Assembly: GCF_963921235.1 (NCBI RefSeq)
Contig: NC_086107.1
Location: forward strand, 100,938,001-101,002,000
Origin: Mobula hypostoma
Lineage: Eukaryota
Reading direction: 5' to 3'
DNA: 64,000 nucleotides
The position numbers and the translations under genes were made by a program. This document shows positions 25,451 to 36,624 of the stretch, piece after piece. Below the pieces are notes generated by a model, which saw only the letters and a program-made list of their open reading frames with translations, had not been told where the DNA came from and did not search any database. Within the stretch, counting starts at the first letter, position 1, and each line of letters begins with the position of its first letter.

Positions 25451-26951
25451 ATAGACAATCCTGAGATTCATTTACTCAGCAAATCTACAGAATAGTAACT
25501 GTAACAGGATCAATGAAAGATCGACCAGAGTGCAAAAGACAACAAACTGAGCAAATGCGAATATAAATAACGAGATCATGAGAAAACGAGGCAAAGAGTC
25601 TTTTTTTAAAATATAATTTTTATTGAGTTTTCTTCCCCCCCCCCCGATATATATCCCTACCAGAAAAAAAAAGAAAATAAAAGAAAGAAGAAAGAAGAAC
25701 TGCCTGGATATTGGAAGGTTTCCACATGCTCCATGGGATTCAAAATAAATTTAGTATATTTATTTATTACTTTCCCCAAGGGACCAACATCTTTATCATC
25801 AGAGCAACTAAATATGCCATCCTATCTTTTGTAAATAAGGGGGCCAAATATTCAAAAATGTATCATATTTATCTCTTAAATTATAAGTAATTTTTTCGAG
25901 TGGAATACAACTAGACATTTCATTGTTCCAACGATTCATACTTAAATATGAATCCGATTTCCAAGTAACTGCTATAGCCTTGTTGGCTACTGCCAATGCA
26001 ATTTTTATGAATTCTTTCTGATATTTATTCAGTTTAAGTTTCGGTTTTATCCCTTCAATATCACCTAATAGAAATAATACAGGGTTATGTGGAAGTTGAG
26101 TTCCAGTAACTTGTTCCAATAAGACTCTTAAATTTATCCAAAAAGGTTGAATTTTAGAACAAGACCAAGTAGAATGTAAGAAAGTACCAATTTCTTGATT
26201 ACATCGAAAGCATTGATCAGATAAGTTTAAATTTAATCTATTTATTTTTTGCAGCGTAATATATAATTGGTGTAAAAAATTATATTGTACTAATCTAAGT
26301 CGAACATTTATTGTATTTGTCATATTGTCAAAACATAGTCTTGACCAATTTGTTTCATCAATATTAATATTCAGATCCATTTCCCATTTTTGTTTTGACT
26401 TGTGGATTCCTTGTTTAATTGTCTGTTTTTGAATCAAATTATACATACAAGAAATAAATTTTTTTAATTTTTCCTTTTTGAATTAAAATTTCAATTTCAT
26501 TGGGTTTTGGCAAAAACATTGTTTGACCCAGTTTGCCTTTTAAGTAAGCCCTGAATTGGAGGTAACAAAAGAAAGTGTTATTTGATATTTGATATTTATT
26601 CTTTAGTTGCTCAAATGACATCAATATACCTTGTTCATAACAGTCTCCTATACATCTAATCCCTTTTTGGTACCAATTATATAAAAGTTGATTATCCATT
26701 GTAAAAGGAATAAGTCTGTTTTGGAACAAAGGTCTCCTTGCTCATAAAGATTTCTTTATTTCATTATCAACATTTATCTTATTCCATAGATCAATCAAAT
26801 GTTTTAATATAGGAGATTCTTTCTTTTCCCGTATCCATTTAGATTCCCATTTATATATCAAACCTTTGGGTGTATTTTCTCCTATCTTATCTAATTCTAT
26901 TCTAATCCATGCCAGTTTTCGATCATTGAAGAAATATGCAATAAATCTAAG

Positions 26952-27183
26952 CAACACACATCAAAGTTGCTGGTGAACGCAGCAGGCCAAGCAGCATCTC
27001 TAGGAAGAGGTGCAGTCGACGTTTCAGGCCGAGACCCTTCGTCAGGACTCTTCAGGAACGAAGGGTCTTGGCCTGAAACGTCGACTGCACCTCTTCCTAC
27101 AGATGCTGCCTGGCCTGCTGCGTTCACCAGCAACTTTGATGTGTGTTGCTTGAATTTCCAGCATCTGCAGAATTCCTGTTGTT
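26952..27183. mobile_element. Penelope-terminus-derived palindromic non-autonomous element with 15-bp TSD
   Basis: Near-perfect ~90-bp inverted arms plus an asymmetric tail. TSD tgcaataaatctaag at 26937-26951 and 27184-27198. Splits the L1 ORF2. Confidence 0.85.
27014..27049 (-). ncRNA. Putative minimal type I hammerhead ribozyme
   Basis: Minus strand reads agtc-CTGACGA-agggtctcggcct-GAAA-CG-TC-gact: both core boxes, a stem II hairpin, stem I agtc/gact, a GUC cleavage triplet and a minimal ACGU stem III. Confidence 0.6.
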
Positions 27184-28884
27184 TGCAATAAATCTAAGTT
27201 GATTTGCTTTCTAATAATTCTTAAAGTTTGGAAGTTGTAACCCTCCTAACTCAAATTTCCATGTCAATTTTTCCAATGATATTCTTGACATCTTACCTTT
27301 CCAAAGAAATTTTCTCACACATTTATTTAACTCTTGAAAAAATTTCTGTGGCAATTGTATTGGTAATGTTTGAAACAAATACTGTAATCTAGGAAATATA
27401 TTCATTTTTACAACATTGACTCTACCCACTAATGTTATTGGTAGTATCATCCATTTATCAAGATCTTCTTGAATTTTTTTCAATAGTGGTAAATAATTAA
27501 ATTTATATAAATTCTTTACATCATTATCAAGTCTTATACCTAAATACTTTATACCATTTACCAGCCATCTAAATTGGGTTGCTAATTGACATTGGCTATA
27601 GTCTCCTTTAGTAAGAGGTAAAATTTCACTTTTATCCCAATTTATTTTAAACCCTGATACTTTCCCATATTCATCCAATCTAGAAGGTAATTTATGTAAT
27701 GAATGCTGTGGGTTTGTTAAGTAAATCAAAACATCATCAGCAAATAGGTTAATTTTGTATTCCTCCTGATTAACTCTAAAACCCTTAATATCTGGATCAA
27801 TTCTAATTAGTTCTGCTAATGGTTCTATTGCCAATACAAATAAAGCAGGTGATAATGGACAACCTTGTCTAGTTGACCTTTTTAACTGGAATGGTGTGGA
27901 AATTTGACTATTTGTCACTACTTTAGCGTTAGGGTTAGTATTTAAAGTTTTAATCCAGTTTATAAAAGGTGTTCCTAACCCATATTTTTCTAATACTTTA
28001 AATACAAAATCCTATTCCAATCTATCAAATGCTTTTTCTGCATCCAAGGCTACTACTATACTCATCTCCTCCCTTTTTTGTGCCAAATGAATTATACTGA
28101 GTAGCCGAGTTACATTATCTGCCAATTGGCAAAGAGTCCTTAAGGTGAGATAATTGATCGTGGGAACATTTCAATGATGGGTCAAGTGAGTGTAGTCCTT
28201 TTATTCGAGAGCCTGACGGTTAAGGGGCAGCAACTGTTCTTGAACCTGGTGGTGTGAGTCCTGAGGCTCTTGCACCTTCCAAGCTGTTCCTTTATATTCC
28301 AACGCTGATGGAAAATACTGTACATGACTACATGCTGATTTATGTCCTTTACTCACCTCTGCTTGTGTGCTGCTCGCCAGCTTCATCACCCCGATTATGA
28401 TGTCACGGTGTCCTCACTGTAACCTGCAGCTCTGGCCTGAGTAGTCTCAGCAAGCTGCTTCTCAGCACCGTACCAGGTGGACACCACAATGGAGATTGCT
28501 CCGATTGTGAGACAGATACTACCAGGAGGGGATTACCAGGGCTGGTGGTGCCACTCACAGCTCGGTCAATGTTAGTGGCCAGAATCAGTCCTGGTCTCCG
28601 TACAGAATAGCTTAAGGTAAGTTCTAGATTCCTACGTTCATACTTCAAGGAAGGGGGGGATCATGTGTTTGGAGAGGGTGCTAGAGAATTCAGTGATGAG
28701 GAGAGACTTATTTTCCATAAAATAAGGATAGCTAAGGGGGAGCTTTGCCGGAGATATTTAAAGTTATGAGGTATGTTCATAGCATTGAAAGGTAGAAACT
28801 GTTTCCACTGGTAGGAGGACCAGGAACCAGGGGATTTAAGTTAAACTGGAGAAGGAATGAGGAGATCTTTTTATTACAGTGAGC

Positions 28885-30003
28885 TGTTGTTCAATGGCCT
28901 TGAATGGAAAATCCTACAAAAAGTAGTGGATATGGCCCAGACCCTCACGGGTAAAGCCCTCCCCACAATTGAGCATATCCACATGAAACGCTGTTGTAGA
29001 AAAGCAGCATCTGCTGTCGGGAGCCCCCACCATCCACCAAGGTCATTCTCTCTCCTTGCTGCTGCCATCAGGGAGAAGGTACAGGAGCCTCAAGACTCTC
29101 ACCACCGGATTCAGGAACAGTTACTACCCCTCAACCAACAGACTCTTGAACCAAAAGTGTAACTTCACTCAACTTCACTTGCCCCATCATTGAGATGTTC
29201 TCACAACCTATGGACTTTCAAGGACTCTTCATCTCATGTTCTGAATATTTATTGCTTATTTATTTATTTATTATTGTTATTTATTTCTTTTTGTATTTGC
29301 AATTTGTTGTCTTCTACACTCTGGTTGAAAGCCCAAGTTGAGCAGTCTTTCATTGATTCTGTTATGGTTATTATTCTACAGATTTAGATTATGAAGACAC
29401 GCAGTCCCCTTTTATTGTCATTTAGTAATGCTTGCGTTAAGAAATGATACATTAATTATTTCCTCTGGTGTGATATCACAAAAACAGGACAAACCAAGAC
29501 TGAAAAAACTGACAAAACCACATAATTATAACATATAGTTACAAACAGTGTAATGATGAAGAAAGTCCGTGAGCACAGTAAAGTTCAAAGTTTCTCAAAT
29601 GTCCCACATCTCACGCAGATGGGAGAAGGAAGAAAAACTCTCCCTGCCATGCCGACCACAATCCGACTCTGAGTCATCTGAAAACTTCGAGCTCTGATCA
29701 GCTCTCCAACACCGAGTACTGAGCGCCATCTCTGTCTGAGCGATTCGACCTCTCTCTTGGTCGCCAAAAGCAGGCAAGGCCAGGGATTTTGAGGCCTACC
29801 CTCCGAAGGATTCCCGACCACACAGTAACGACAGCAGCGGACGGGCGTTTCAGAAATTTCTCCAGATGTTCCTCTGTGCTTTCACATCTATTCTCCATCA
29901 AATCAGAATTGTCCAGTTATTGAGTATGCCCACAAGAAAATGAATCTCAGGGTTGTATATGGTGACATACATGTACCTTGATAATTAATTTACTCTGAAC
30001 TTT
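28885..30003 (+). mobile_element. Rex1/Babar-type 3' fragment interrupted by a second element at ~29384-29915
   Basis: LQKVVDMAQTLTGKALPTIEHI. The 3' UTR is shared with other copies (e.g. 43355-43795 +, 45640-46135 -, 15975-16450 -, 61700-61970 -). Confidence 0.7.
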
Positions 30004-32229
30004 GTTGTAAACTAGAATTAACTACCCGGAAGGTAAAAGCAGAAGAGTTTCAGATGGAGCTGCATTAATAGTTTTCAACAAGAGCTGCAGATGGGGACTA
30101 ATCTGCTTGCTGCAGAGCACAGTCAGCAAACAGCCTCCTTCCCTGCTGGTTCTACAAAAGCTGTCAGAGTCAGAATCAGGCTCATTGTCACTGATGTATG
30201 CTGTGAAATTTGTGGTGTTTTGGTAGCGGTACAGTGCAATACATAAAAAGAAAGATACGAAAAGTTAAATAATAAATATCAAAATAAGATAAATGGAGGG
30301 AAAACTGAGCAGAATAGTGAGGGAGTGTTCATAAGACAGAAGAGAATTAGGCCATTCAGCCCATCGAGTCTGGTCCTTCATTCCATCATGGCTGATTTAT
30401 TTTCCCTCTCAACCTCATTCTCCGGCCTCCCCCCTCCCCCCCCCATAATATTTGATGCCCTGGCTAATTAGGAACCTATTAACCTCCGCTTTAAATATAC
30501 CCAATGACCTGGCCTCCACAGCCATGGCGATGAATTTCACAGGGTCACCAGCCTGTTCACGGGTTCATGGACTGCTCGGAAAGCTGTCTGAAGGTGAATA
30601 AACTACACCACCTCCATTTACCGAGCTGAAGCACATTAGGCCTGCATGTAACCGACGCTGCAGTCTCATATCGGTGCAGTTTTGAATGGGTTGTGATTGT
30701 AAGCTTTCACCCAGTATTGCAGCGTGTGACGAGCCCGGCAGGATATCCAGAGGTCAAGCTGAGATCCGGGCTGGCACATCGGAGTGGAGCCACTGGCTCT
30801 CGGCACCAGAGACCCGGGTTCAGACCCGAGCTCCAGGGCCATGTGTGTGGAGTTTGCTCCTCCTCCCTGTGGCCCTGTGGGTTTCTACGTGTCATCCGGT
30901 TTCCTCCCACATCCCAGAGATGTTTGAGTTGTGGTCGTAGAGGCATAGAGCAGGGCAGCCCAGAGGCAAGCCCTTTGGCCTATCTAGTCCATGCCAGACT
31001 ATAGCCCTGCCTGCTTTTTGGTCACCATAAGTTGTCCCTAGTGTGTGGGTGAGTGGTAGAATCTGGGGGAAGTTGATGAGAAGTTGGGGAGAGTAACGGG
31101 TGTAGGATTGGTATGAGCTTGCTGGAATGCATGAACTCTGTGGGCCGAAGGGCCGATTTCTGTGCTGTCTCCCTCTACGATTTTGTGCTCCTGCCACAGA
31201 CAACAGCGGCTCTGAACTCCTTTGCTTGCGGATCACTTTGGAAGCAGGTGATGGGGCCCGCCACTGGGCTTGCATTGTCACCGAGGGCCTGGGCTCAGGA
31301 GAAGGAGGTTCATCAGCCACATGCATGCAGAGCAGTCTGCAGTACAGACCCGGCGATGGCGGGCTCTCTGGTACAAGAGGGTCCACATGTGAACCCCAAG
31401 CCATCAACAGAAAGAGCAAAGGGCAAACAGCCAAAGGACTGTAATGGTCAGCAGACTCTACCCATGATGTTTGTACAACTTTCTGCTTTACTCTAGGGTT
31501 GCCTTCAGTGCTCGTTGTCCATTGCCAGGGCTGAATGTAACTTAACTTCTCCCTTGTACAGCCAATTTGCTAATGTTGCCGGGTTTGTCGCGATTGTTTT
31601 GGCCGTTTTCATCTGGTGTGTTGCAGTGGTCCACTCTCACCATCACACCAGGCCGGCTGGTGGCGCAGTGAGATCAGCGCCGGACGCCGGAGCGAAGGTT
31701 CCCGAGTTCAAATCCAGGTCGGGCCACCCCCGAGTACGCTTTCCATCCATGCCGGGTTGAGTGTCAAGCTAGCCTCGTAAAAAATACAAGGGTCGAGTCA
31801 GGAACGTCACATAATGTGACCCGGTTAATCCTGACACCACGTGCTAGACAAGAATGGCTGAATGTCTGGTACGACACGCTTAAAAAAACCCATCACACCA
31901 GCCCAATGGTGTGTCCCCTGAATCTATGGCCTCTCAGGCCTCTGCAGGCTTCTGAAAGTTTCAGAGAACACAAATGTAAACAGGAGCCACAGAGACCAAC
32001 ACTGTGAGATCCTTGAGTAAATCTCCGTACTTGGGCCAGTGAGGGTCTGCCCTGCCCAGCATAGTGACTGAGATTGGACACAGTCTCTGCCTACACACGG
32101 CTGCAGTTGCAGGAGGGCGTGGAAGAAGATGCTCACCATGATCTGCCATTCCGACAGCACCTTCACTTGTTTCTCCCCACTGATCTCCCTCCGGAGAGAG
32201 TTAGAGACAGTTCCTTTTGGAGTTTACGT

Positions 32230-35200
32230 GCCATTTTAAACAAGTGAGCAGGGCCTGTCAGGACTTGTCTGCGGAGTGGGAGCTTGCTTGGGTTATTAGC
32301 AATTTAGCAAGAGCCAATAAAAAGAAGTTGGGTTTTAAAAGAGTGGCCATTGTTGGAGTGGGTCAGGGTCCGAGTGGGAGGTTTCGGCTCATCAGGTTTC
32401 AGTGAGAACAGGTGGAGACTAAGGGTACTAAGTCACTTGGAATAATTTATTTGATTGTTGAACCTAAGTATAACAAGTGTAGACAGGATGGTAGTTAAGG
32501 CAGTGGACTGCTCCTCCTGTAAGATGTGGGATTGCAGAGTACTTAACGGTCTCCCTGATGATTACATCTGTGGGAAGTGCACGGAACTTCAGCTTCTGAC
32601 TGACAAAGTCAAAGATCTGGAGCTGGATGCACTCGGGACCATCCAGGAGGCTGAAAACTTCATGGATGAAACTTTTACTGAGGTGGTCGCACCTCGAGTA
32701 AAGGCTTCAGATAGTAGTTGAATGAGCACCAGGAGAAGTAAGGGGGGCAAGCAGTCAGTGCAGGTTCCCCTGTGGCCGTTCCCCTCAGCAACAAGTGCAC
32801 CCTTTGGATTCTGCTGGGATAGGCACAGCAGCAGTAGCCAGGACAGTGGCACTGTGGTGGGCTCTGAAACCCAGCAGGGAAGGGTAACGTCAGGCAGAGT
32901 GGCTGTGATAGGAGACTTGATAGTTAGGGCGACGGACAGGAGATTCTGTGGCCATGAAAGAGATGCCAGGATGGTGTGTTGCCCCCCACCACCCCAGGTT
33001 CGATGGTCCAGGATGTCTCAGAGCAGCTGCAGAATATTCTCAAGGGGGAGGTGAGCAACCAGAGGTCATAGTGCACATTGGGTAGAAAAGAGGAAAGAGG
33101 CCCTGCACAGAATATAAAGAATTCGGAAAGAGACAGGACCTCCAAGGTAGTAACCTCTGAATTACTCGCAGTGCTAATTGCTAGTTGGGCAAGGAACAGG
33201 ATGATGGAATGAGTGGCCGAGGAACGGGTGCAGAGGGCAGGGTTTCAGGTTCTAGGATCATAGGAACCTCTTCTGGGGCAGAGGTGACCTGTATAAGAGG
33301 GACCGGTTGCACCTGAACTGGAGGGGAACCAATATCCCGACTGGGAGGTTCGCTGGTGCCACTCGGGAGGGTTTAAACTGGTTGGCCGGGGGGCGGCGGG
33401 GTGGGAACCAGAGTACCAGGTCAGAAAGTGGAGCGATGGCGAGGAAGGTAGATGTCAGGGCCAGTAAAAACAGACAGGAGGAAAGTAATAAATATGATGG
33501 GATGGATAGTTTGAAATGTGTGTATTTTAATGCCAGGACTTTTATAGGTAAAGTTGATGAACTTGGAGCAGAGATCAATACATAGAACTATGATGTTGAT
33601 GCCATTACTGAAACTTGGTTGAGAGAGGGACAGGATGCTTAATGTCCCAGGGTTTCAATGTTTTAGAAAAGATTGAGAGGGAGATAAAAGAGGTGGGGGA
33701 GTTGCACTACTAATCAGAGACAGTATCACAGTGGTATGCAGAGGGACATGATGAAGGGTTCATCCACTGGGTGTATATGGGCAGAACTTACATAGGACGT
33801 GTGCACTAACCCTGATGGGATAATACTACAGACCCCCCGTAGCCAGCAGGACGTTGAGGAACAATGCAGGCAGATTAAGGAAAGGTGTAAAAACAATAGG
33901 GTTGTTGTCATGGGGGACTTCAACCTCTAATATAAACTGGGACCTTCTGAGTTCAAGAGGCTTAAATGGGGCAGAATTTGTTAGGTGTATCCAGAAGGCT
34001 TTCTTAAATCTATACGTAGGTAATCCAGCAAGAGAAGGAGCAGGACTGGACCTGGTGTTGGGTAATGAGCCTGGCCAGGTGACCAACCTTTCAGTGAGCA
34101 AGTAGTTAGAGAACAGTGACCACAGCTCTTTAAATATAGATAAGGATAAGTACAGACCTTGTGGGAGAGTATTAAATTGGAACAGGGCAAATTATGAGAG
34201 CATTAGGCAGGAACTAGGGAGAGTTAATTGAGAACATCTGTTTTTGGGCAAGTTCCAAGGAACAGTATGTAAGGCTTAGGTAGCTAGAACCAAACAGAGC
34301 CTTTGAGGATTATAAAGAAGCCAGGAAAGAATTCAAGAACAGAATTAGAAAAACCAAGAGGGGCCATAAAAAATACTTGGTAAGTAGGATTAAAGAGAAT
34401 CCCAAGGCATTCTATGCATACGTCAAGAGCAAGAGGGTGGGACTACTCGGAGATAAAGGGGGGTATATTTACTCGGATGTGGAGCATGGGGGTGAGATCC
34501 TTAATGAGTACTTTACTACGGAGAATGACCTGGAGGACAGGGAAATCAGTGCCAAGCATATTGATATGCTAGGGCATTTTAATGTAAAGGAGGAGGTTGT
34601 GTTGGGTCTCTTAAAGAACACTATCCCCAAAGCCTGGTGGGATAAACCCCAGGTTATTGAGAGAGATCACAGGGGTCTTGACCGATATCTTTGTGTCATT
34701 TCTAGCTATAGGCGAGGTCCCGGAGGACTGGTGAGTAGCTAATGTTGTTTCAATAGAAAGGAACCAGGGATAATCCTGGAAACTGTAGAACGGTGAGTCT
34801 CATGTTAGTGGTAGGGAAGATACTGGCGAGAATTCTTAGGGAGTGGATTTATGAACATTTGGGAAAGTGCGGCCTGATTAGGGAGAGCCTGATTGTACGG
34901 GATAAGTTGTGTCTTACTAACTGATTACTGATTGAGTTTTTCAACGGGGTGATGAGAGTGATTGATGAAGGTAGAGCTGTCGATGTTGTCCATGTGGATT
35001 TAGTAATGTGTTTGACAACATCCCTCATGAGAGGCTCATCTAGAAGATTAAGATGCATGGGATCTATAGTGAATTGTCCATTTGGATTCAGAACTGGCTT
35101 GCCCATAGATGACAGAAGGTAGTGATTGAAGAGACTTATTCTAGCTGGAGGTCTATGATAAGTGGTGTTCCACAGGGATCTGTACTGGGACCTCTGCTGT

Positions 35201-36128
35201 TTGAGCTGTATATAAATGACCTGGATGGATAAGTAAGTTTGCAGATAATGTTAAGATTGGTGGTGTTGTGGATAATGTAGAAGACTGGCAAAGAATACAG
35301 TGGGATATAGATCAGTTGCAGATGTAGGCAGAGAAATTGCAGATGGAATTTAACCTCGCTAAATGTGAAGTGTTGCACCTTGGCAGGTCAAATGAAAAGA
35401 AACCGTATGTTGTTAAAGGCAAGATCCTTAACAGTGTTGATGAGCAGGGAGATCTTGCGGTCCAAGTTCATAGTTTCCTGAAAGAGGCTGCACAGATTGA
35501 TAGGGTGGTTAAGGAGGCACATGACTTGCTTGCCTTTTATTAGTTGAGATATGGAGTTCAAAAGTCAAACGTTTTGTTGCAGCTTTATAAAACTCTAGTT
35601 AGGCTGCATATGGTTCTGGTTGCCCCATTACAGGAAGGATGTTGAGGCTTTGGAGAGGTTTGCAGAAGAGGTTTACCAGGATGCTGCCTAGTTTAGAGGG
35701 CATGTGCTATCACGAGAGGCTGGACAATCTTGAGTTGTTTTCTCTCGAACGGCCCAGGCCGAGGAGAGATCTGATGAAGGTTTATAAGATTATGAGAGGC
35801 AAAGATAGAGAAGATAGACGGTATCTTTTCCAGGGTTAAAATTTCTAATACCAGAGAGCATGCATTTAAGGTGAGAGGGGGTAATTTCAAAGGAGATGCA
35901 AGGGCAAGTTTTTTGCACAGTGAGTGGCAGGTGCCTGAAACTTGCTGCCTAGAGTGGTGATAAAGGCAGATACATTAGGGACTTCTATGAGACATTTAGA
36001 TAGACACATGAATGTGAGGAAAATGGAAGGATATGGACATTATGTAGGTAGAAGAGGATAGTTTAGTTAGCCAATTAATTGGCACAACACTGTGGGCTGA
36101 AGGGCCTGTTCCTGTGCTGTCTGTTCTA
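32230..36128 (+). mobile_element. Near full-length, degenerate CR1 LINE (ORF1 zinc finger + SGNH esterase; ORF2 APE endonuclease + RT)
   Basis: ORF1 fragments CSSCKMW...YICGKC and VAVIGDLIVRATDRRFCG...MVCC. Endonuclease start LKCVYFNAR; IKENPKAFYAYVK; RT remnants agtggtgttccacagggatctgtactgg and QMEFNLAKCEVLHLG; CR1-type 3' tail. Many stops and frameshifts. Confidence 0.9.
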
Positions 36129-36624
36129 CGAGGGGTGATTGATAAGTTTGTGGCCTGAGGTAGAAGGAGTCAATTTTAGAAAACCTAGCACATTTATTTT
36201 TCAACATAGTCCCCTCCTACATGTACACACTTAGTCCAACGGTCGTGGAGCATACGGATCCCTTCTTTGTGGAAGTGGTCCACAGCAGGGAAGATTGATA
36301 AGTTTGTGGCCTGAGGTAGAAGGAGATGAGTTATACAGCTCTCGTTTTGTGCACTTGCAGTTCAACTCTTTGAGTGATTATGCAGGAAGTTTGAAGTTAA
36401 TAACTCATCTCCCTCCACCTCAGGCCACGAACTTATTAATCACCCCCGCTGTGGACCACTGCTGGAGGTCCAAGACACTGACTTCTACAAAGAAGGGACC
36501 CGTATGCTCCACGACCGTTGGACTAAGTGTGTACACGTAGCAGGGGACTATGTTGAAAAATAAATGTGCTAGGTTTTCTAAAATTGACTCCCTCTACCTT
36601 AGGCCACGAACTTATCACCCCTTG
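36129..36624. mobile_element. Mariner-derived palindromic MITE
   Basis: Flanked by TA (36127-36128, 36625-36626). Ends cgaggggtgattgataagtt / aacttatcaccccttg with ~150-bp inverted arms. The right arm encodes the mariner transposase C-terminus DFYKEGTRMLHDRWTKCVHVAGDYVEK*. Confidence 0.85.

Larger units (their letters stand above)
25601..28127 (-). mobile_element. 5'-truncated L1-clade LINE (ORF2 RT and C-terminal zinc knuckle), AT-rich
   Basis: ORFs contain TRQGCPLSPALFVLAIEPLA, LFADD and CFRC...GTFLHSTWSC. Short poly(A) end at 25601. 11-bp TSD ggcaaagagtc at 25590-25600 and 28128-28138. Interrupted by an insertion at 26952-27183. Confidence 0.92.

Noticed and set aside
28381..28616. Exon-like segment with good acceptor and AAG|gtaagt donor
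   Set aside because: Stops in all three frames; at most a non-coding or poison exon, with no support.
31200..31446. Possible host exon (acceptor ctgccacag; two open frames)
   Set aside because: Donors are weak, the frame is ambiguous, there is no recognisable homology, and the exon chain is phase-complete without it. Not fully excluded.
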